Program-made: the position numbers and the translations under genes
Assembly: GCA_965223905.1 (NCBI GenBank)
Contig: CBDCXV010000001.1
Location: forward strand, 736,001-800,000
From: Candidatus Latescibacterota bacterium
Lineage (GTDB): Bacteria; Latescibacterota; UBA2968; UBA8231
Length of the DNA stretch: 64,000 nt
Direction of reading: 5' to 3'
Part shown: in pieces, positions 8,470-18,569 of the stretch
Position numbering within the stretch: the stretch's first letter is position 1
How the letters are laid out: each line of letters opens with the position of its first letter
Notes under the pieces: generated by a model
Database searches by the model: none
Told to the model about the DNA's origin: nothing
The model's input: the letters and a program-made list of their open reading frames with translations, nothing else

Positions 8470-9581
8470 GCCGGCTCACCGCTGATCAGGGACATCAACT
8501 CCACCCCGATAAACCGGTCCCGCCAGCCGCGCAGCAGCGCGTGCCGTTCTCCAGTCGCCTGCTCCCCGTCCCTGACCAGCGCCCTTACTTCCGAGCGCGT
8601 CGCCACCAGCGCATGATCGATCCCCTTGTCGGCGCTCCGCTGTTCCAGCAGCTCGATCGCCGCCTTGCTGCGCGCGGCGAAGGTTTTTTCGTAACGCGAC
8701 CGCGAATGCCCGCAGGGCAGTTCTTCCTCCGGAATCTCCAGTCCCACCTTCACTGCGTCGACAACGGCTGTTCCGTAGCGGCGCAGGCGTTTGTCCCTGA
8801 ACCGCAACAGTTCCTCGGTGCCGGCCGGCTTGCACTGCGCCAGCAGTAGCAGCATCCGGTCGGACATCACCCATCCTCGCGGCCGGTTGACGGCCCGCGC
8901 CTCGCACTCCCTCCAGGCAGTCAGCTCCCGCAGGATCGCCAGCTCTCGGCGCGTCAGCCGCCCCCGCCCCTTGATCCGCTCGAACTGACCGCGGGGCTCG
9001 CGTTCCTCGTAAAGGCTCTCGTCGTCGAGGGCCGCCATATCCTCGCCCATCCAGCTCTCGACGCCGCGCTCCCGCGCCCGGCGCAGGAGCTCCCGGTGCG
9101 CCGCGTGCAGAAAACGCACATCGTCGAGGGCGTAGCCGATCTGGGTTTCGCTCAGCGGTCGGCGCAGCCAGTCGGTCCGCGTCTCGGTCTTGTGCAGGTC
9201 GACCTCGACCAGCTCGACGAGCAGGTCGCGCAGTGAGATCGTCGAGGAGAGGCCGGCGAAACCCGCGGCGATGCGGGTGTCGAAGATGTTGCGCGGCGAC
9301 ACGCCGCCGGCGCGCCTGAGTATCGACAGGTCCTGGACGGCGTCGTGCAGGATTTTCGTGACCTTCGCCTCCTCCAGCAGCTGGCCGAGGACAGCGAGGT
9401 CGACGGCGGTGGCGTCGATCAGGTGAAGGTCGCTGTCCGAAAGGGCGAGTTGAACGATTCCGAGGTAGGGGTAGTAGGTGCGTTCCCAGACCAGCTCGGT
9501 GTCGAGCGCGACCAAGGGTTGCCTCCCGGCACGATCGACGAGTGCCGCCAGCTCCGCTTGCGAATCGATGAGCGCTGACAA
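8466..9581 (-). CDS. rnd: Ribonuclease D (DEDDy exonuclease + HRDC)
   Basis: ALDTE, KILHDAVQDL, IFDTRIAA, TDWLRRPLSETQIGYALDDV, HRDC domain, GWR near C-terminus; TTG start. Confidence 0.92.
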   Translation of the reverse strand: MSALIDSQAELAALVDRAGRQPLVALDTELVWERTYYPYLGIVQLALSDSDLHLIDATAVDLAVLGQLLEEAKVTKILHDAVQDLSILRRAGGVSPRNIFDTRIAAGFAGLSSTISLRDLLVELVEVDLHKTETRTDWLRRPLSETQIGYALDDVRFLHAAHRELLRRARERGVESWMGEDMAALDDESLYEEREPRGQFERIKGRGRLTRRELAILRELTAWRECEARAVNRPRGWVMSDRMLLLLAQCKPAGTEELLRFRDKRLRRYGTAVVDAVKVGLEIPEEELPCGHSRSRYEKTFAARSKAAIELLEQRSADKGIDHALVATRSEVRALVRDGEQATGERHALLRGWRDRFIGVELMSLISGEPA

Positions 9582-9594
9582 CGCGAGGGGGCGG

Positions 9595-10437
9595 CTAGTT
9601 CGCTGTTTCCCGAAGCCGTCCCGCGTCGTCGAGCTCGGGACGGTTGAGGCGCCTGTGGTAGGGGGGCTCGAGAATCGCCCGCTGTTCCGGTGTCATTCCC
9701 TCCAGCATCTGCTCGGGCCAGGGCATGTACCCCGTCGCGTAGGCGAGGTTGGCGGGGGTGTAGCGGTACAAAAGGGAGCGGCGTTCGCGCTCGGAGCGCC
9801 AAGGCAGGGTGCCGTGGGTCACCGCCTCGGTGAAGATGACGGCGTCGCCGGCGCGGCAGGTGATCGGGCGCACGATCTCCCGCCGACGGTGCCACAGCTT
9901 GATCGGCCGCGGGCAGGCGAAGTTGGCCTTGTGACTGCCGGGGATGAGGCAGAGTCCGCCGTCCCCTTCCTCGACGTCCGACAGCTGCCAGGCAACGACC
10001 GTCAGACCGTTGTGCATCTGCCCGTCGCGGTAGACGTAGTACTGATTGGGGTCGAAGTGCGGGCCGGAGGAACCGTGCAGGCTGTGCCCCTCGGCTCCCT
10101 TGCGCATGGTGATGAGGCCGGGGCTGTGATCCATGCGGAACCCGGGACCGACGATCTGGTTGAGATAAGGCACGATGCGAGGGTGGGACAGCATGTGGCG
10201 AAACACGTTGCGCCAGGGTTCCTCCCAGCCCAGCATGCCGCCGAGATCGCCGCGGCCCGTCGTTCCCTGGAGGCTCGTCGATTCACCCGACAGCGACAGG
10301 TCCTCGAGGCGGATGTTGACGGCGTCCGCGTGGTGGTCGATCGCGGCGTTGGCGGCGGCTACTTCGGCAGCGGTCAGCACCTGCTCCACTACGAGGTAGC
10401 CGTTGAGGTCGAACAGGTACAGCTCTTCTTCGTTCAC
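9595..10437 (-). CDS. Phytanoyl-CoA dioxygenase (PhyH) family protein
   Basis: YLFDLNGYLVV, LH, DGGLCLIPGSHK, AGDAVIFTEAVTHG, RRSLLYRY; GTG start inferred. Confidence 0.88.
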   Translation of the reverse strand: MNEEELYLFDLNGYLVVEQVLTAAEVAAANAAIDHHADAVNIRLEDLSLSGESTSLQGTTGRGDLGGMLGWEEPWRNVFRHMLSHPRIVPYLNQIVGPGFRMDHSPGLITMRKGAEGHSLHGSSGPHFDPNQYYVYRDGQMHNGLTVVAWQLSDVEEGDGGLCLIPGSHKANFACPRPIKLWHRRREIVRPITCRAGDAVIFTEAVTHGTLPWRSERERRSLLYRYTPANLAYATGYMPWPEQMLEGMTPEQRAILEPPYHRRLNRPELDDAGRLRETAN

Positions 10438-10541
10438 GGCGGCTCGGCTCCCGACCGACAAGATATCCCCCTGCCCTTCAGGCGGCCAGGGGAACCAGGC
10501 TGCCTTCCAGCCGTCGGATGAGGATTACGGAGGATGCTTCC

Positions 10542-11171
10542 ATGACATGGATCTTCGCTGTCGCAGCCGCCGCCGGCATGGGCGCCGCGGGCTACTGGAT
10601 CGGGAGACATCACCAGGAGGACGAAGCGGTTATCCCGCCCACGCCGGAGATCCGGGAAAGGCTGGAGAAGGAGATCCGGGAAGCGCTGGATAAAGCCTGG
10701 GAGAGTCGCGATGTCATTGTGCAGATGCTGCGGCTGGACTTTCCCGAGCTGCCGGACTTCCCGCTTTCCGAAGACCAGGTGACGGAGGTGCGCGGCAAGA
10801 TAAACGCCGCCGCGGAGATCGCGTCGCGAATGGAAACACCCCGGGGTCCTCGGAAAACGGGAATCCTGCCCATGGAAGACCTGACCGGCGGACGGGTTCA
10901 CCCGTTTCTGGAATGGCTCAACAGCCAGGGCTGCGTCGCCGGCGCCCGCGTCCCCATGGCCAGCGCCGAAGGCCGGACCGCGTACGGTATGCTCACCTCC
11001 AACCCGGGGAAGGTGCCGGTCAATTACAACCTGAGGGTCAGGGATGCCGCAGGCGAAATCAGGCTGCACCCCGGCATCGCCTACCTCGAGATCGATATTC
11101 CGCCGAAACTGCTGCCGGCGCAGGAATCGCCGGCGGAGGTGAGGAAGCTCCTAGTGGAGGATCCGGAATGA
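10542..11171 (+). CDS. Hypothetical protein with N-terminal membrane anchor
   Basis: RBS GGAGG, hydrophobic N-terminus, GC3-biased codons; no family recognised. Confidence 0.7.
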   Translation: MTWIFAVAAAAGMGAAGYWIGRHHQEDEAVIPPTPEIRERLEKEIREALDKAWESRDVIVQMLRLDFPELPDFPLSEDQVTEVRGKINAAAEIASRMETPRGPRKTGILPMEDLTGGRVHPFLEWLNSQGCVAGARVPMASAEGRTAYGMLTSNPGKVPVNYNLRVRDAAGEIRLHPGIAYLEIDIPPKLLPAQESPAEVRKLLVEDPE

Positions 11172-11183
11172 CCCCGGGGCCGC

Positions 11184-11552
11184 TCAGCCTTCCAGGGAGC
11201 GGAAGGGCGCCTTGTTGACGAACTCCTCGACGGCCTTGCCCCCTACCAGGTGCTCGGTGATGATGCGCTCGAGTTTCTCCACGGTCATGCCGTAGTACCA
11301 CACCCCTTCCGGATAGACCACGACCGTGGGGCCGCGCTCGCAGACGCGCAGGCAGTCCGCCTTGGTGCGGTGGATTCCCCCCTTGCGCGGGTCGCCGAGG
11401 CCGAGCTCCCGCAGCCGCGTCTTGAGGTAGTCCCAGCACTTGGCGCCGGTGTCGTCGGAGTGGCACTTCGGCTTGGTCGGGGTCGCGCACAGGAAAATGT
11501 GGTGCTTGATCTCGACCGGCTCGACTTCGGTTAGTTGGGTAGGCTCGCTCAT
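11184..11552 (-). CDS. Thioredoxin-like (2Fe-2S) ferredoxin
   Basis: HIFLC...C...[20 protein letters not shown]...IITEHLVGG signature. Confidence 0.92.
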   Translation of the reverse strand: MSEPTQLTEVEPVEIKHHIFLCATPTKPKCHSDDTGAKCWDYLKTRLRELGLGDPRKGGIHRTKADCLRVCERGPTVVVYPEGVWYYGMTVEKLERIITEHLVGGKAVEEFVNKAPFRSLEG

Positions 11553-11588
11553 TCGGTCCTTCCGTTTCCGTCAGTTATCAACGGGCTG

Positions 11589-12944
11589 TTATGGTTTCCA
11601 TTCTTCATGCAGGGGGCGGTGCGTGAACCTTCGCCCCTTGCCCTCGTAGTCGTCGACGATCTGCCCGTTTCCTTCGAGGATGTACTTGTAGGAGGTCAGT
11701 CCCTCCAGCCCTACCGGGCCGCGGCTGTGCAGCCGCCCGGTGCTGATCCCCACCTCGGCACCCAGGCCGTACCGGAAGCCGTCCGCGAAGCGGGTGGAGG
11801 CGTTGCGGCAGACGGAGGCGGAGTCGACGCTGCGCAGGAACTGGCTTGCCGCTTCGTCGTCCTCGGTGACGATGGCGTCGGTGTGGTGGCTGCCGTATTC
11901 GTTGATGTGATCGATCGCCTCGCGCGCCGAATCGACGACTTTCACCGACAGCACCAGGTCGAGGTACTCCGTCGACCAGTCCGCCTCGGTGGCCGGGGTG
12001 ACCGCTCCATCGCCCCCGGCGAGCTCCAGGGTGCGGGCGTCGCCGCGAATCGACACGCCTCTCCCGGTCAGCTCGGAGACCGTGCGCGCGAAGAAGCGCC
12101 CGGCAATGCCGGCGTGAACGAGAAGGGTCTCGACGGCGTTGCAGACGGCGACGTACTGGGTTTTCGCGTCGACCGTTATCCGCACCGCCTTGTCGAGATC
12201 CGCCTCCTTGTCGACGTAGACGTGGCAGATTCCGTCGGCGTGCCCCATGACCGGGATGTTGGTGTTGTTCATGATGTGCTGCACGAACTCGTTGCTGCCG
12301 CGAGGCACGATCAGGTCGATCGACTCCTCCTGGTCGAGCAGCACCGAGACGTCCTCACGGGTCTCCATCAGGGTGATCCAGCCCTCGGGAATGCCGGCGC
12401 GGCGGGTGGCGCGGGCGATGCACTGCGCCAGGGCGGCGTTGGTTTCGGCCGCTTCCCGCCCCCCCTTGAGAAGCACGGCGTTGCCCGACTTCAGGCAGAG
12501 CGAGGCGATCTGCACCAGCGCGTCCGGCCGCGACTCGAAGATCACCCCGAGGACGCCGATCGGCACGGTGACCCGGTACAGGCGCAGCCCCTCGTCCAGC
12601 TCGCGGGCGCTCTGAGTCGCCCCGAGCGGATCCTCCTGCGCGAGCACGCTGCGCACCATCTCCACGGTGGCGTCGAACTTGCCGCCGACCAGGTCGAGCC
12701 GCTTGAGCAGGGGTTCCTCCAGCTTCCCGCGGGCGACCAGCGCCGCCCCGTTCTCCAGGTCGGCGGCATTGGCGGCCAGGATCTGCTCTTTCTCGGCGAG
12801 CATCTGCCCGGCGATGGCGGCGATGGCGGCGTCCCGGGTGGAGGCCGCGGTCACGGCCAGGGCGCGTGCTGCAAGGCGCGCCGCGCGTGCGCGCCCGGCG
12901 ACGTCGCCGCCGAGCACGTCGACAGCTGCGGGTGCCGCGGTCAC
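11589..12944 (-). CDS. proA: Gamma-glutamyl phosphate reductase
   Basis: PIGVLGVIFESRP, KSGNAVLLKGGRE, IVPRG, CNAVETLLVH, FADGFRYGLGAEVGIST; GTG start overlaps htpG stop. Confidence 0.96.
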   Translation of the reverse strand: MTAAPAAVDVLGGDVAGRARAARLAARALAVTAASTRDAAIAAIAGQMLAEKEQILAANAADLENGAALVARGKLEEPLLKRLDLVGGKFDATVEMVRSVLAQEDPLGATQSARELDEGLRLYRVTVPIGVLGVIFESRPDALVQIASLCLKSGNAVLLKGGREAAETNAALAQCIARATRRAGIPEGWITLMETREDVSVLLDQEESIDLIVPRGSNEFVQHIMNNTNIPVMGHADGICHVYVDKEADLDKAVRITVDAKTQYVAVCNAVETLLVHAGIAGRFFARTVSELTGRGVSIRGDARTLELAGGDGAVTPATEADWSTEYLDLVLSVKVVDSAREAIDHINEYGSHHTDAIVTEDDEAASQFLRSVDSASVCRNASTRFADGFRYGLGAEVGISTGRLHSRGPVGLEGLTSYKYILEGNGQIVDDYEGKGRRFTHRPLHEEWKP

Positions 12945-14881
12945 GGCGACTCCTCCTTCAGGACCGACCCGGTCGCCAGGGTCATCATCTTCTGAATCGT
13001 CCCCACCACCCGTTGCGGGTCCTCGACGGTGCCCTCGGCGATCAGCACGTAGTCCACCAGGAAAGAGGCCCATTCCCGCAGCTCATCCGACTCCCGATGC
13101 TTCAGCAGCATCTCCCCCAGGTTGGCGATCGCCGGGTGGCGCGGGTTGATCTCGAGTACCCGCTTGGAGGGGGAGAAGCTGTCGTCGGCCATCTGCATCA
13201 TCCGCTCCATCGTCTGGCTCATCCCGCCCCTGGGGGTGACCAGCACGCAGGGGCTGTCGGTCAGGCGCTGCGACTCCTTGACGTCGCCGACGCGGTTCCC
13301 CAGCTCCTTCTTGAGGAAGCTGACCAGCTCGATGGTCCGCTCCCTGTTCTCCTCCACCCCTTCGAGCTTCACCTCTTCGGACAGCTCGAGATCTTCGGCG
13401 TCGACCGCTTGGAACTTTTTACCGTCGAACTCCTGCAGCGAGCCGACCACCCACTCGTCGACCGGGTCGGTCATGTACACGACCTCGAGGTCGCGCTTGC
13501 GGAAAGCCTCCAGCAGCGGGCTCTGCTCCACCGCCTCGCGGCTCTCGCCGCTCAGGTAGTAGATCACCTCCTGGTCGGAGGCCATGCGGTCGACGTAGTC
13601 CTGCAGGGAGATCAGGCCCTCCCCTTTGTCGTCGCCGTCGCCGTCGGCGAGCTTCTGCGAGAAGCTGCTGTAGTAACGCGCCAGCCTGGCGATCTGCTCC
13701 TTGTTCTCGAAGTCGCGGGCGACGCCCTCCTTCAGCACCATGCCGCAGGAGTTCCAGAACGCGAGGTAATCCTCCGGCTTGTTCTTCGCCATGTTCTCGA
13801 GCAGCGCCAGTATGCGGCGCACCAGCGTCTGCCGGATCCGGGCGACGACGGGATTGTTCTGCAGCGACTCGCGGGCGACGTTGAGAGGCAGGTCGTCGCA
13901 GTCGACGACGCCGCGGACGAAGCGCAGGTACAGGGGCAGCAGGTCGTTGCAGTCGTCCTGGATGAACACGCGCCGTACGTGCAGGTTGACGGAGACCTTC
14001 GGCTCCGGCGCGAACAGCATCTCGAGCGGCGACTGCCTGGGGATGTAGAGGATGGCGTAGAACTGGATCGGTACGTCGACGGCGACGTGCTCCCAGGTGA
14101 TCGGCTCCTGGTGGTCGCCGGTCAGGTGGGTGTAGAACTCCTTGTACTGCTCGTCGGTGATCTCGCTGCGCCCCCGCGCCCACAGGGCCGAGGCCTCGTT
14201 CGCCTGCTTGCCGGCGACCTTGATCGGGTAGGCGACGAAGTCGGAGTGCTTGTGGATGACCGCCTCGAGCCGGTGGGCGTCGAGGTACTCCTCGCAGTCG
14301 CCGCGCACGTACACCTTGATTTCGGTGCCGCGGTCCTTCTTGTCCCCCGTGGTGGCGATGGTGTAGCTGCCGCTTCCGGTCGATTCCCAGATCACCGCCT
14401 CCGCTTCCGGATCGGCCGAGCGGGTGGTCACCACCACCCGCTCCGCAACCATGAAGACCGAGTAGAAGCCGACGCCGAACTGGCCGATCAGCTGCAGCTT
14501 GTCCTTGTCGTCATCGCTTTCTCCCAGTTCCCTGATGAACTCCGCGGAACCGGAGCGGGCGATGGTGCCGAGGTTGGCGGCGACCTCGTCACGGATCATG
14601 CCGATGCCGGTATCCCTTATCGTCAGGGTCCTGGCGCCGGCGTCGACCGACAGCTCGATCTCCAACTCGGCGTCGGCGTCGACGACGGTGCGGTCGGTCA
14701 GCGAGCGAAAGCGGATCTTGTCGAGAGCGTCGGAAGCGTTGGAGATCAGCTCCCTGAGGAACACGTCCTTGTCGGTGTACAGGGAGTGGATGAGGATGCG
14801 GAGGACCTGCTGCACCTCGGTCTCGAACGGGCGCTCCTCGACGTTGGCGTCCTGCGCCGATACAGTGCTGTTCTCGGACAT
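12941..14881 (-). CDS. htpG: Molecular chaperone HtpG (Hsp90)
   Basis: SLYTDKDVFLRELISNASDA, DTGIGM, NLGTIARSG, IGQFGVGFYS, DLPLNVARE. Confidence 0.98.
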   Translation of the reverse strand: MSENSTVSAQDANVEERPFETEVQQVLRILIHSLYTDKDVFLRELISNASDALDKIRFRSLTDRTVVDADAELEIELSVDAGARTLTIRDTGIGMIRDEVAANLGTIARSGSAEFIRELGESDDDKDKLQLIGQFGVGFYSVFMVAERVVVTTRSADPEAEAVIWESTGSGSYTIATTGDKKDRGTEIKVYVRGDCEEYLDAHRLEAVIHKHSDFVAYPIKVAGKQANEASALWARGRSEITDEQYKEFYTHLTGDHQEPITWEHVAVDVPIQFYAILYIPRQSPLEMLFAPEPKVSVNLHVRRVFIQDDCNDLLPLYLRFVRGVVDCDDLPLNVARESLQNNPVVARIRQTLVRRILALLENMAKNKPEDYLAFWNSCGMVLKEGVARDFENKEQIARLARYYSSFSQKLADGDGDDKGEGLISLQDYVDRMASDQEVIYYLSGESREAVEQSPLLEAFRKRDLEVVYMTDPVDEWVVGSLQEFDGKKFQAVDAEDLELSEEVKLEGVEENRERTIELVSFLKKELGNRVGDVKESQRLTDSPCVLVTPRGGMSQTMERMMQMADDSFSPSKRVLEINPRHPAIANLGEMLLKHRESDELREWASFLVDYVLIAEGTVEDPQRVVGTIQKMMTLATGSVLKEESP

Positions 14882-15127
14882 TCTTCGATTCGGCTCCGTG
14901 AAGCTGTTGAGCGGGTATTCAGGTTGGCGGTTCGTGGCCCGGCAAAGAGGAAAAATGTACGAAACGGCGGCCTCTCCGCAAATGCCGAACTGCTGTATCT
15001 CCTTGATCTGCTCGCAGTTAGCGCCGCAGAGAAGCCGGGCTGGGGATCGGCGCCGGGGCCCACGCGGTCACCTGCGTCGAGGACCTCGAGGAGGTTCCAC
15101 CGGACCTTTGCAGGAAGGTTGCCCGAC

Positions 15128-15901
15128 TCAGGGGAACCCGCCAAGACCCAGCTTCAAGGCCGCGGCCCGCGACAGCAGTCCGATCGCCCCGCCGAAGAGG
15201 TTGCCCCAGACTATCAGCCAGCCCAGGTGCTCGCGGATCACCTCCTCCATCATCCTCTTCACCGTCTCCGGGCTGAGCTCCTCGAGCTTGGTGCGCAGCA
15301 GCTCGTCGACCCGGGCCCGCAGCGCCGGGATGTCGATGCCGCCGCCGATCATCTTCCGCAACTGCGGCTCGATGTCGGCCAGCAGACCGGTGGTGAACTG
15401 GATGACGATGGTGCGCAGGATGTCGTTGCCCACCATCCTGATCATCATGCCGAACGGCCCCTCCTTGAGCTTGTCGATTTCGCGGTCGATCGCCTCCCGC
15501 GCTTCCTCCGACTCGGCGAACTCGGCGAACCGGGCCGCGAGATCCGGAGCGGCTCCCAGGCCTCCGCCCTGCTCGCTGAAGAACCGGCGCAGGTACTCCT
15601 CGTCGAAGAAGTGCGCCATTATCAGGTCCTTGATGGCGGCGCGGATTTCGCGGAAGCGGCTGGGAATGACTCCCGACCCCCACAGCAGGGGCACCTTGTC
15701 GAAGAGCATCTTGACGGCCAGCCAGTTGGTGATGCCGCCGGCGAACCCGAACAGCCCCGCCGCCAGGATCCAGGGTCCGAGCGCGGTCCAGGCGGAGGCC
15801 CCGGCCCCCGCCGCGGCGTCGCTGCTGGCGACGACCCCGGCGACCAGCAGGGCAAACGATGCGAGGTTGCTTGCCCGCCCTTTCTCGATGCCTATCCTCA
15901 T
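15128..15901 (-). CDS. DUF445 family membrane protein
   Basis: GFAGGITNWLAVKMLF, GSGVIP, EHLGWLIVWGNLFGGAIG; ATG overlaps ddl stop. Confidence 0.85.
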   Translation of the reverse strand: MRIGIEKGRASNLASFALLVAGVVASSDAAAGAGASAWTALGPWILAAGLFGFAGGITNWLAVKMLFDKVPLLWGSGVIPSRFREIRAAIKDLIMAHFFDEEYLRRFFSEQGGGLGAAPDLAARFAEFAESEEAREAIDREIDKLKEGPFGMMIRMVGNDILRTIVIQFTTGLLADIEPQLRKMIGGGIDIPALRARVDELLRTKLEELSPETVKRMMEEVIREHLGWLIVWGNLFGGAIGLLSRAAALKLGLGGFP

Positions 15902-16998
15902 CGCAGGGTGGTCGTGTTCCGCCGGTCCCCGTGGCGCTCCAGGGCCAGCTCGATCAGCCGGTCGATCAGCTCGGAGTAGCCGATGCCGCTCGCCTCCCAG
16001 AGCTTGGGATACATGCTGATCTCCGTAAAACCTGGCAGGGTGTTGATTTCGTTGACCAGCACCGTTTCCTCGGGGCCGGAAACAAAGAAGTCGACTCTCG
16101 CCAGGCCGGAAGCGTCGATCGCCAGGAAAGCCCGCCGCGCCACCTCGCGCACCCGCGCCTCGGTCTCCGGTCCGAGATCGGCCGGGATGATCAGCTCGGA
16201 GCTGTCGTCGATGTACTTGGCCTCGTAGTCGTAGAACTCGTTGCCCGGAACGACCTCGCCGATCGCGGAGATCACCGGGTCCTCGTAACCGAGCACGGAG
16301 CACTCGACCTCGCGGCAGTTCTCGATTCCCGCCTCGATGAGGATCTTGCGGTCGTAGCGGGCCGCTTCCTCCATCGCCGGGGCGAACCCGGCGCCGTCGT
16401 GGACCTTCGATATGCCGACGCTCGATCCCATGTTCGCCGGCTTTACGAACACGGGCCAGGACAACTCCCGCTCGACCTCCTCCTGGACCTCCTGCGGCTG
16501 CGAGCGCCAGCGGCTGCGCAACACGGAGACGTACTCCCCTTGCGGCAGTCCCTCGGCCCGGAACACCCGCTTCATCATCTCCTTGTCCAGGCCGACCGCG
16601 GAACCGAGCACCCCGGAGCCGACATAGGCGATGCCGGCCAGCTCCAGCAGGCCTTGCACGGTGCCGTCCTCGCCGTAGGGGCCGTGCAGAATCGGGAAGA
16701 TGACGTCGACCGGGCCTGCGGATCCGAAGCCGGCCTGGTTGCGCATCATCAGCTCTCCGCCGTCGTGGTGGTCGAGGACGAGCGGGGCCAGGCCGGTCCG
16801 GTTCACCGCTCCTTCCTCCAGCACCTTGACGGCGTCTCCGGCGGCGAGCCAGCGCCCGTCCCGGTCGATGCCGATCATCGTCACGTCGTACTTGCCGCGG
16901 TCCAGCGCCTCGAGAACCGAGCGGGCCGAGCGCACCGACACCTCGTGCTCTGCCGAGCGTCCCCCGAACAGGATTCCGACGCGGATTTTGTCGCCCAA
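15898..16998 (-). CDS. ddl: D-alanine--D-alanine ligase
   Basis: LFGGRSAEHEVS, LHGPYGEDGTVQG, FVKPANMGSSVGI, FYDYEAKY, NEINTLPGFT; TTG start with RBS GAAGGAAAGG. Confidence 0.97.
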   Translation of the reverse strand: MGDKIRVGILFGGRSAEHEVSVRSARSVLEALDRGKYDVTMIGIDRDGRWLAAGDAVKVLEEGAVNRTGLAPLVLDHHDGGELMMRNQAGFGSAGPVDVIFPILHGPYGEDGTVQGLLELAGIAYVGSGVLGSAVGLDKEMMKRVFRAEGLPQGEYVSVLRSRWRSQPQEVQEEVERELSWPVFVKPANMGSSVGISKVHDGAGFAPAMEEAARYDRKILIEAGIENCREVECSVLGYEDPVISAIGEVVPGNEFYDYEAKYIDDSSELIIPADLGPETEARVREVARRAFLAIDASGLARVDFFVSGPEETVLVNEINTLPGFTEISMYPKLWEASGIGYSELIDRLIELALERHGDRRNTTTLR

Positions 16999-17134
16999 CG
17001 GTAGCTTCCTTTCCTTCTTTCGACCGGGTCTGACACAGGTGCCCGGGCGCTTTTCCAAATATAGGGGAACGGTGTTTTTCCCTGCCGCCGCCGACCGGAC
17101 CGCGGCGGTTTCCAGCCGGAGGTTTGTCACCCCC

Positions 17135-17584
17135 ATGGCCGAGTGCCTGTTCTGCGATATTGTCGGCGGCCGGCTCGATGCCGAGATCGTCTACGAGGAC
17201 GAGGCCGCCGTCGCCTTCCTCGACCACCGGCCCCTGTTCCCGGGCCACGTGCTGGTGTCGCCGCGCCAACACTGCGAGACGCTTCCCGACCTGCCGGCGA
17301 TGCGCCTCGCCCCCCTCTTCGCCGCGGTGCAGCTGCTGGCGCGCGCCGTGGAACGCGGCCTCGACGCCGGCGGCAGCTTCGTGGCGATCAACAACAGGGT
17401 CAGCCAGAGCGTGCCCCACCTGCACGTGCACGTAGTGCCCCGTACCCGTGGAGACGGCCTGCGCGGCTTCTTCTGGCCGCGCCGTCCCTACGAGGATGAC
17501 GAACACGCCGCGGCCGTGGCCGCGCGCCTGCGGGCCGCCGTTGCCGAGCTGCAGGCGGATACCGAAAGGGAAGGGGGAGGATGA
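17135..17584 (+). CDS. HIT family hydrolase
   Basis: CLFCDI, PGHVLV, QSVPHLHVHVVPR histidine triad. Confidence 0.93.
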   Translation: MAECLFCDIVGGRLDAEIVYEDEAAVAFLDHRPLFPGHVLVSPRQHCETLPDLPAMRLAPLFAAVQLLARAVERGLDAGGSFVAINNRVSQSVPHLHVHVVPRTRGDGLRGFFWPRRPYEDDEHAAAVAARLRAAVAELQADTEREGGG

Positions 17585-18378
17585 TCCGCTACAGCTACAT
17601 GATCGTCGATCCGGTTTCGGCGTTTGCCGATGAAGAGCTTCGCCGGCTCTTCGACTTCTTGCGAGCCTGCGGCTACGAAGGGGTCGAGCTCAACTACTCC
17701 AGGGAGCTGGGGGCCACGCTCGACCGCGTCCGCAGACATGCCGGGGAATCAGGCCTCGAGATCCCGTCGATCCTGACCGGCAGGGGGTACGGGGAGGGGT
17801 TCTGCCTGTGCCATCCCGAAGCAGCGGTCCGCGCCGCCGCGGTCGCCTACCTGGTCGAGCTGCTCGATGTCGCCGTCGAGTGCGGCTCGATCCTGGTGAT
17901 CGGCCTGCTCCAGGGGCTGCGCAGCGACGAGCCCGACGCGGAAGTCGCTCAGGTCCGCATCGCCGGCTGCCTGCGGGAGGTCGCCGACGCGGCCGAGGAG
18001 AAGGGGGTCGAGCTGGTCATCGAGCCGATCAACCACCTTCAGGTCGGCTTCAACAACTCGGTCGCCGAGGTCCGCGCCCTCGCCTCCGGGGTCGCCTCGC
18101 CGGCGCTCGGTCCGATGGTCGACACGATCCACATGAACATCGAGGACCCCTCCCTGACGCAGCCGATCCGCGACTGCGGCCCCGACCTCAGGCACGTCCA
18201 TCTCTGCGAGAGCAACGGGGGGCTGTTCGGAAGCGGCAACATCGACTTCGGGCCGGTCCTGAAGGCGCTCGACGAGATCGGTTACGGCCGCTTCGCCTCG
18301 GTCAAGGTCTACCGCAACGCCACCCACCGGGAGGCGGCGCGAACCAGCATCGACCACCTCCGCCGGCTCCGCGACTGA
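17581..18378 (+). CDS. Sugar phosphate isomerase/epimerase (xylose-isomerase-like TIM barrel, ketose 3-epimerase-like)
   Basis: IEPIN, DTIHMNIED, HVHLCESN, GSGNIDF motifs. Confidence 0.87.
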   Translation: MIRYSYMIVDPVSAFADEELRRLFDFLRACGYEGVELNYSRELGATLDRVRRHAGESGLEIPSILTGRGYGEGFCLCHPEAAVRAAAVAYLVELLDVAVECGSILVIGLLQGLRSDEPDAEVAQVRIAGCLREVADAAEEKGVELVIEPINHLQVGFNNSVAEVRALASGVASPALGPMVDTIHMNIEDPSLTQPIRDCGPDLRHVHLCESNGGLFGSGNIDFGPVLKALDEIGYGRFASVKVYRNATHREAARTSIDHLRRLRD

Positions 18379-18569
18379 GCCCGGTGGAGCCGCCGCGGCA
18401 GTTGGTGTGAGCCGTCCGAATCGGTTACTGTTGTGCCTGCCTTAAGGGGCCGGTTGCTCCGCCACAGCAGCCGGCCGCGGGAGCGGCGACGGCTCGCAAG
18501 CCGCCCGGTTTCGTCCGGCTCCGGCCGGCAGCCCAACCACGGAACTCGGAATAACCAGGAGTAAGCAGA

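Noticed and set aside
12866-15979. Very long antisense/alternative-frame ORFs (e.g. 12866-15979 +, 38506-41181 +, 41467-43866 -, 28805-30679 -)
   Set aside because: Shadow ORFs typical of high-GC DNA opposite well-supported genes; no recognisable motifs.
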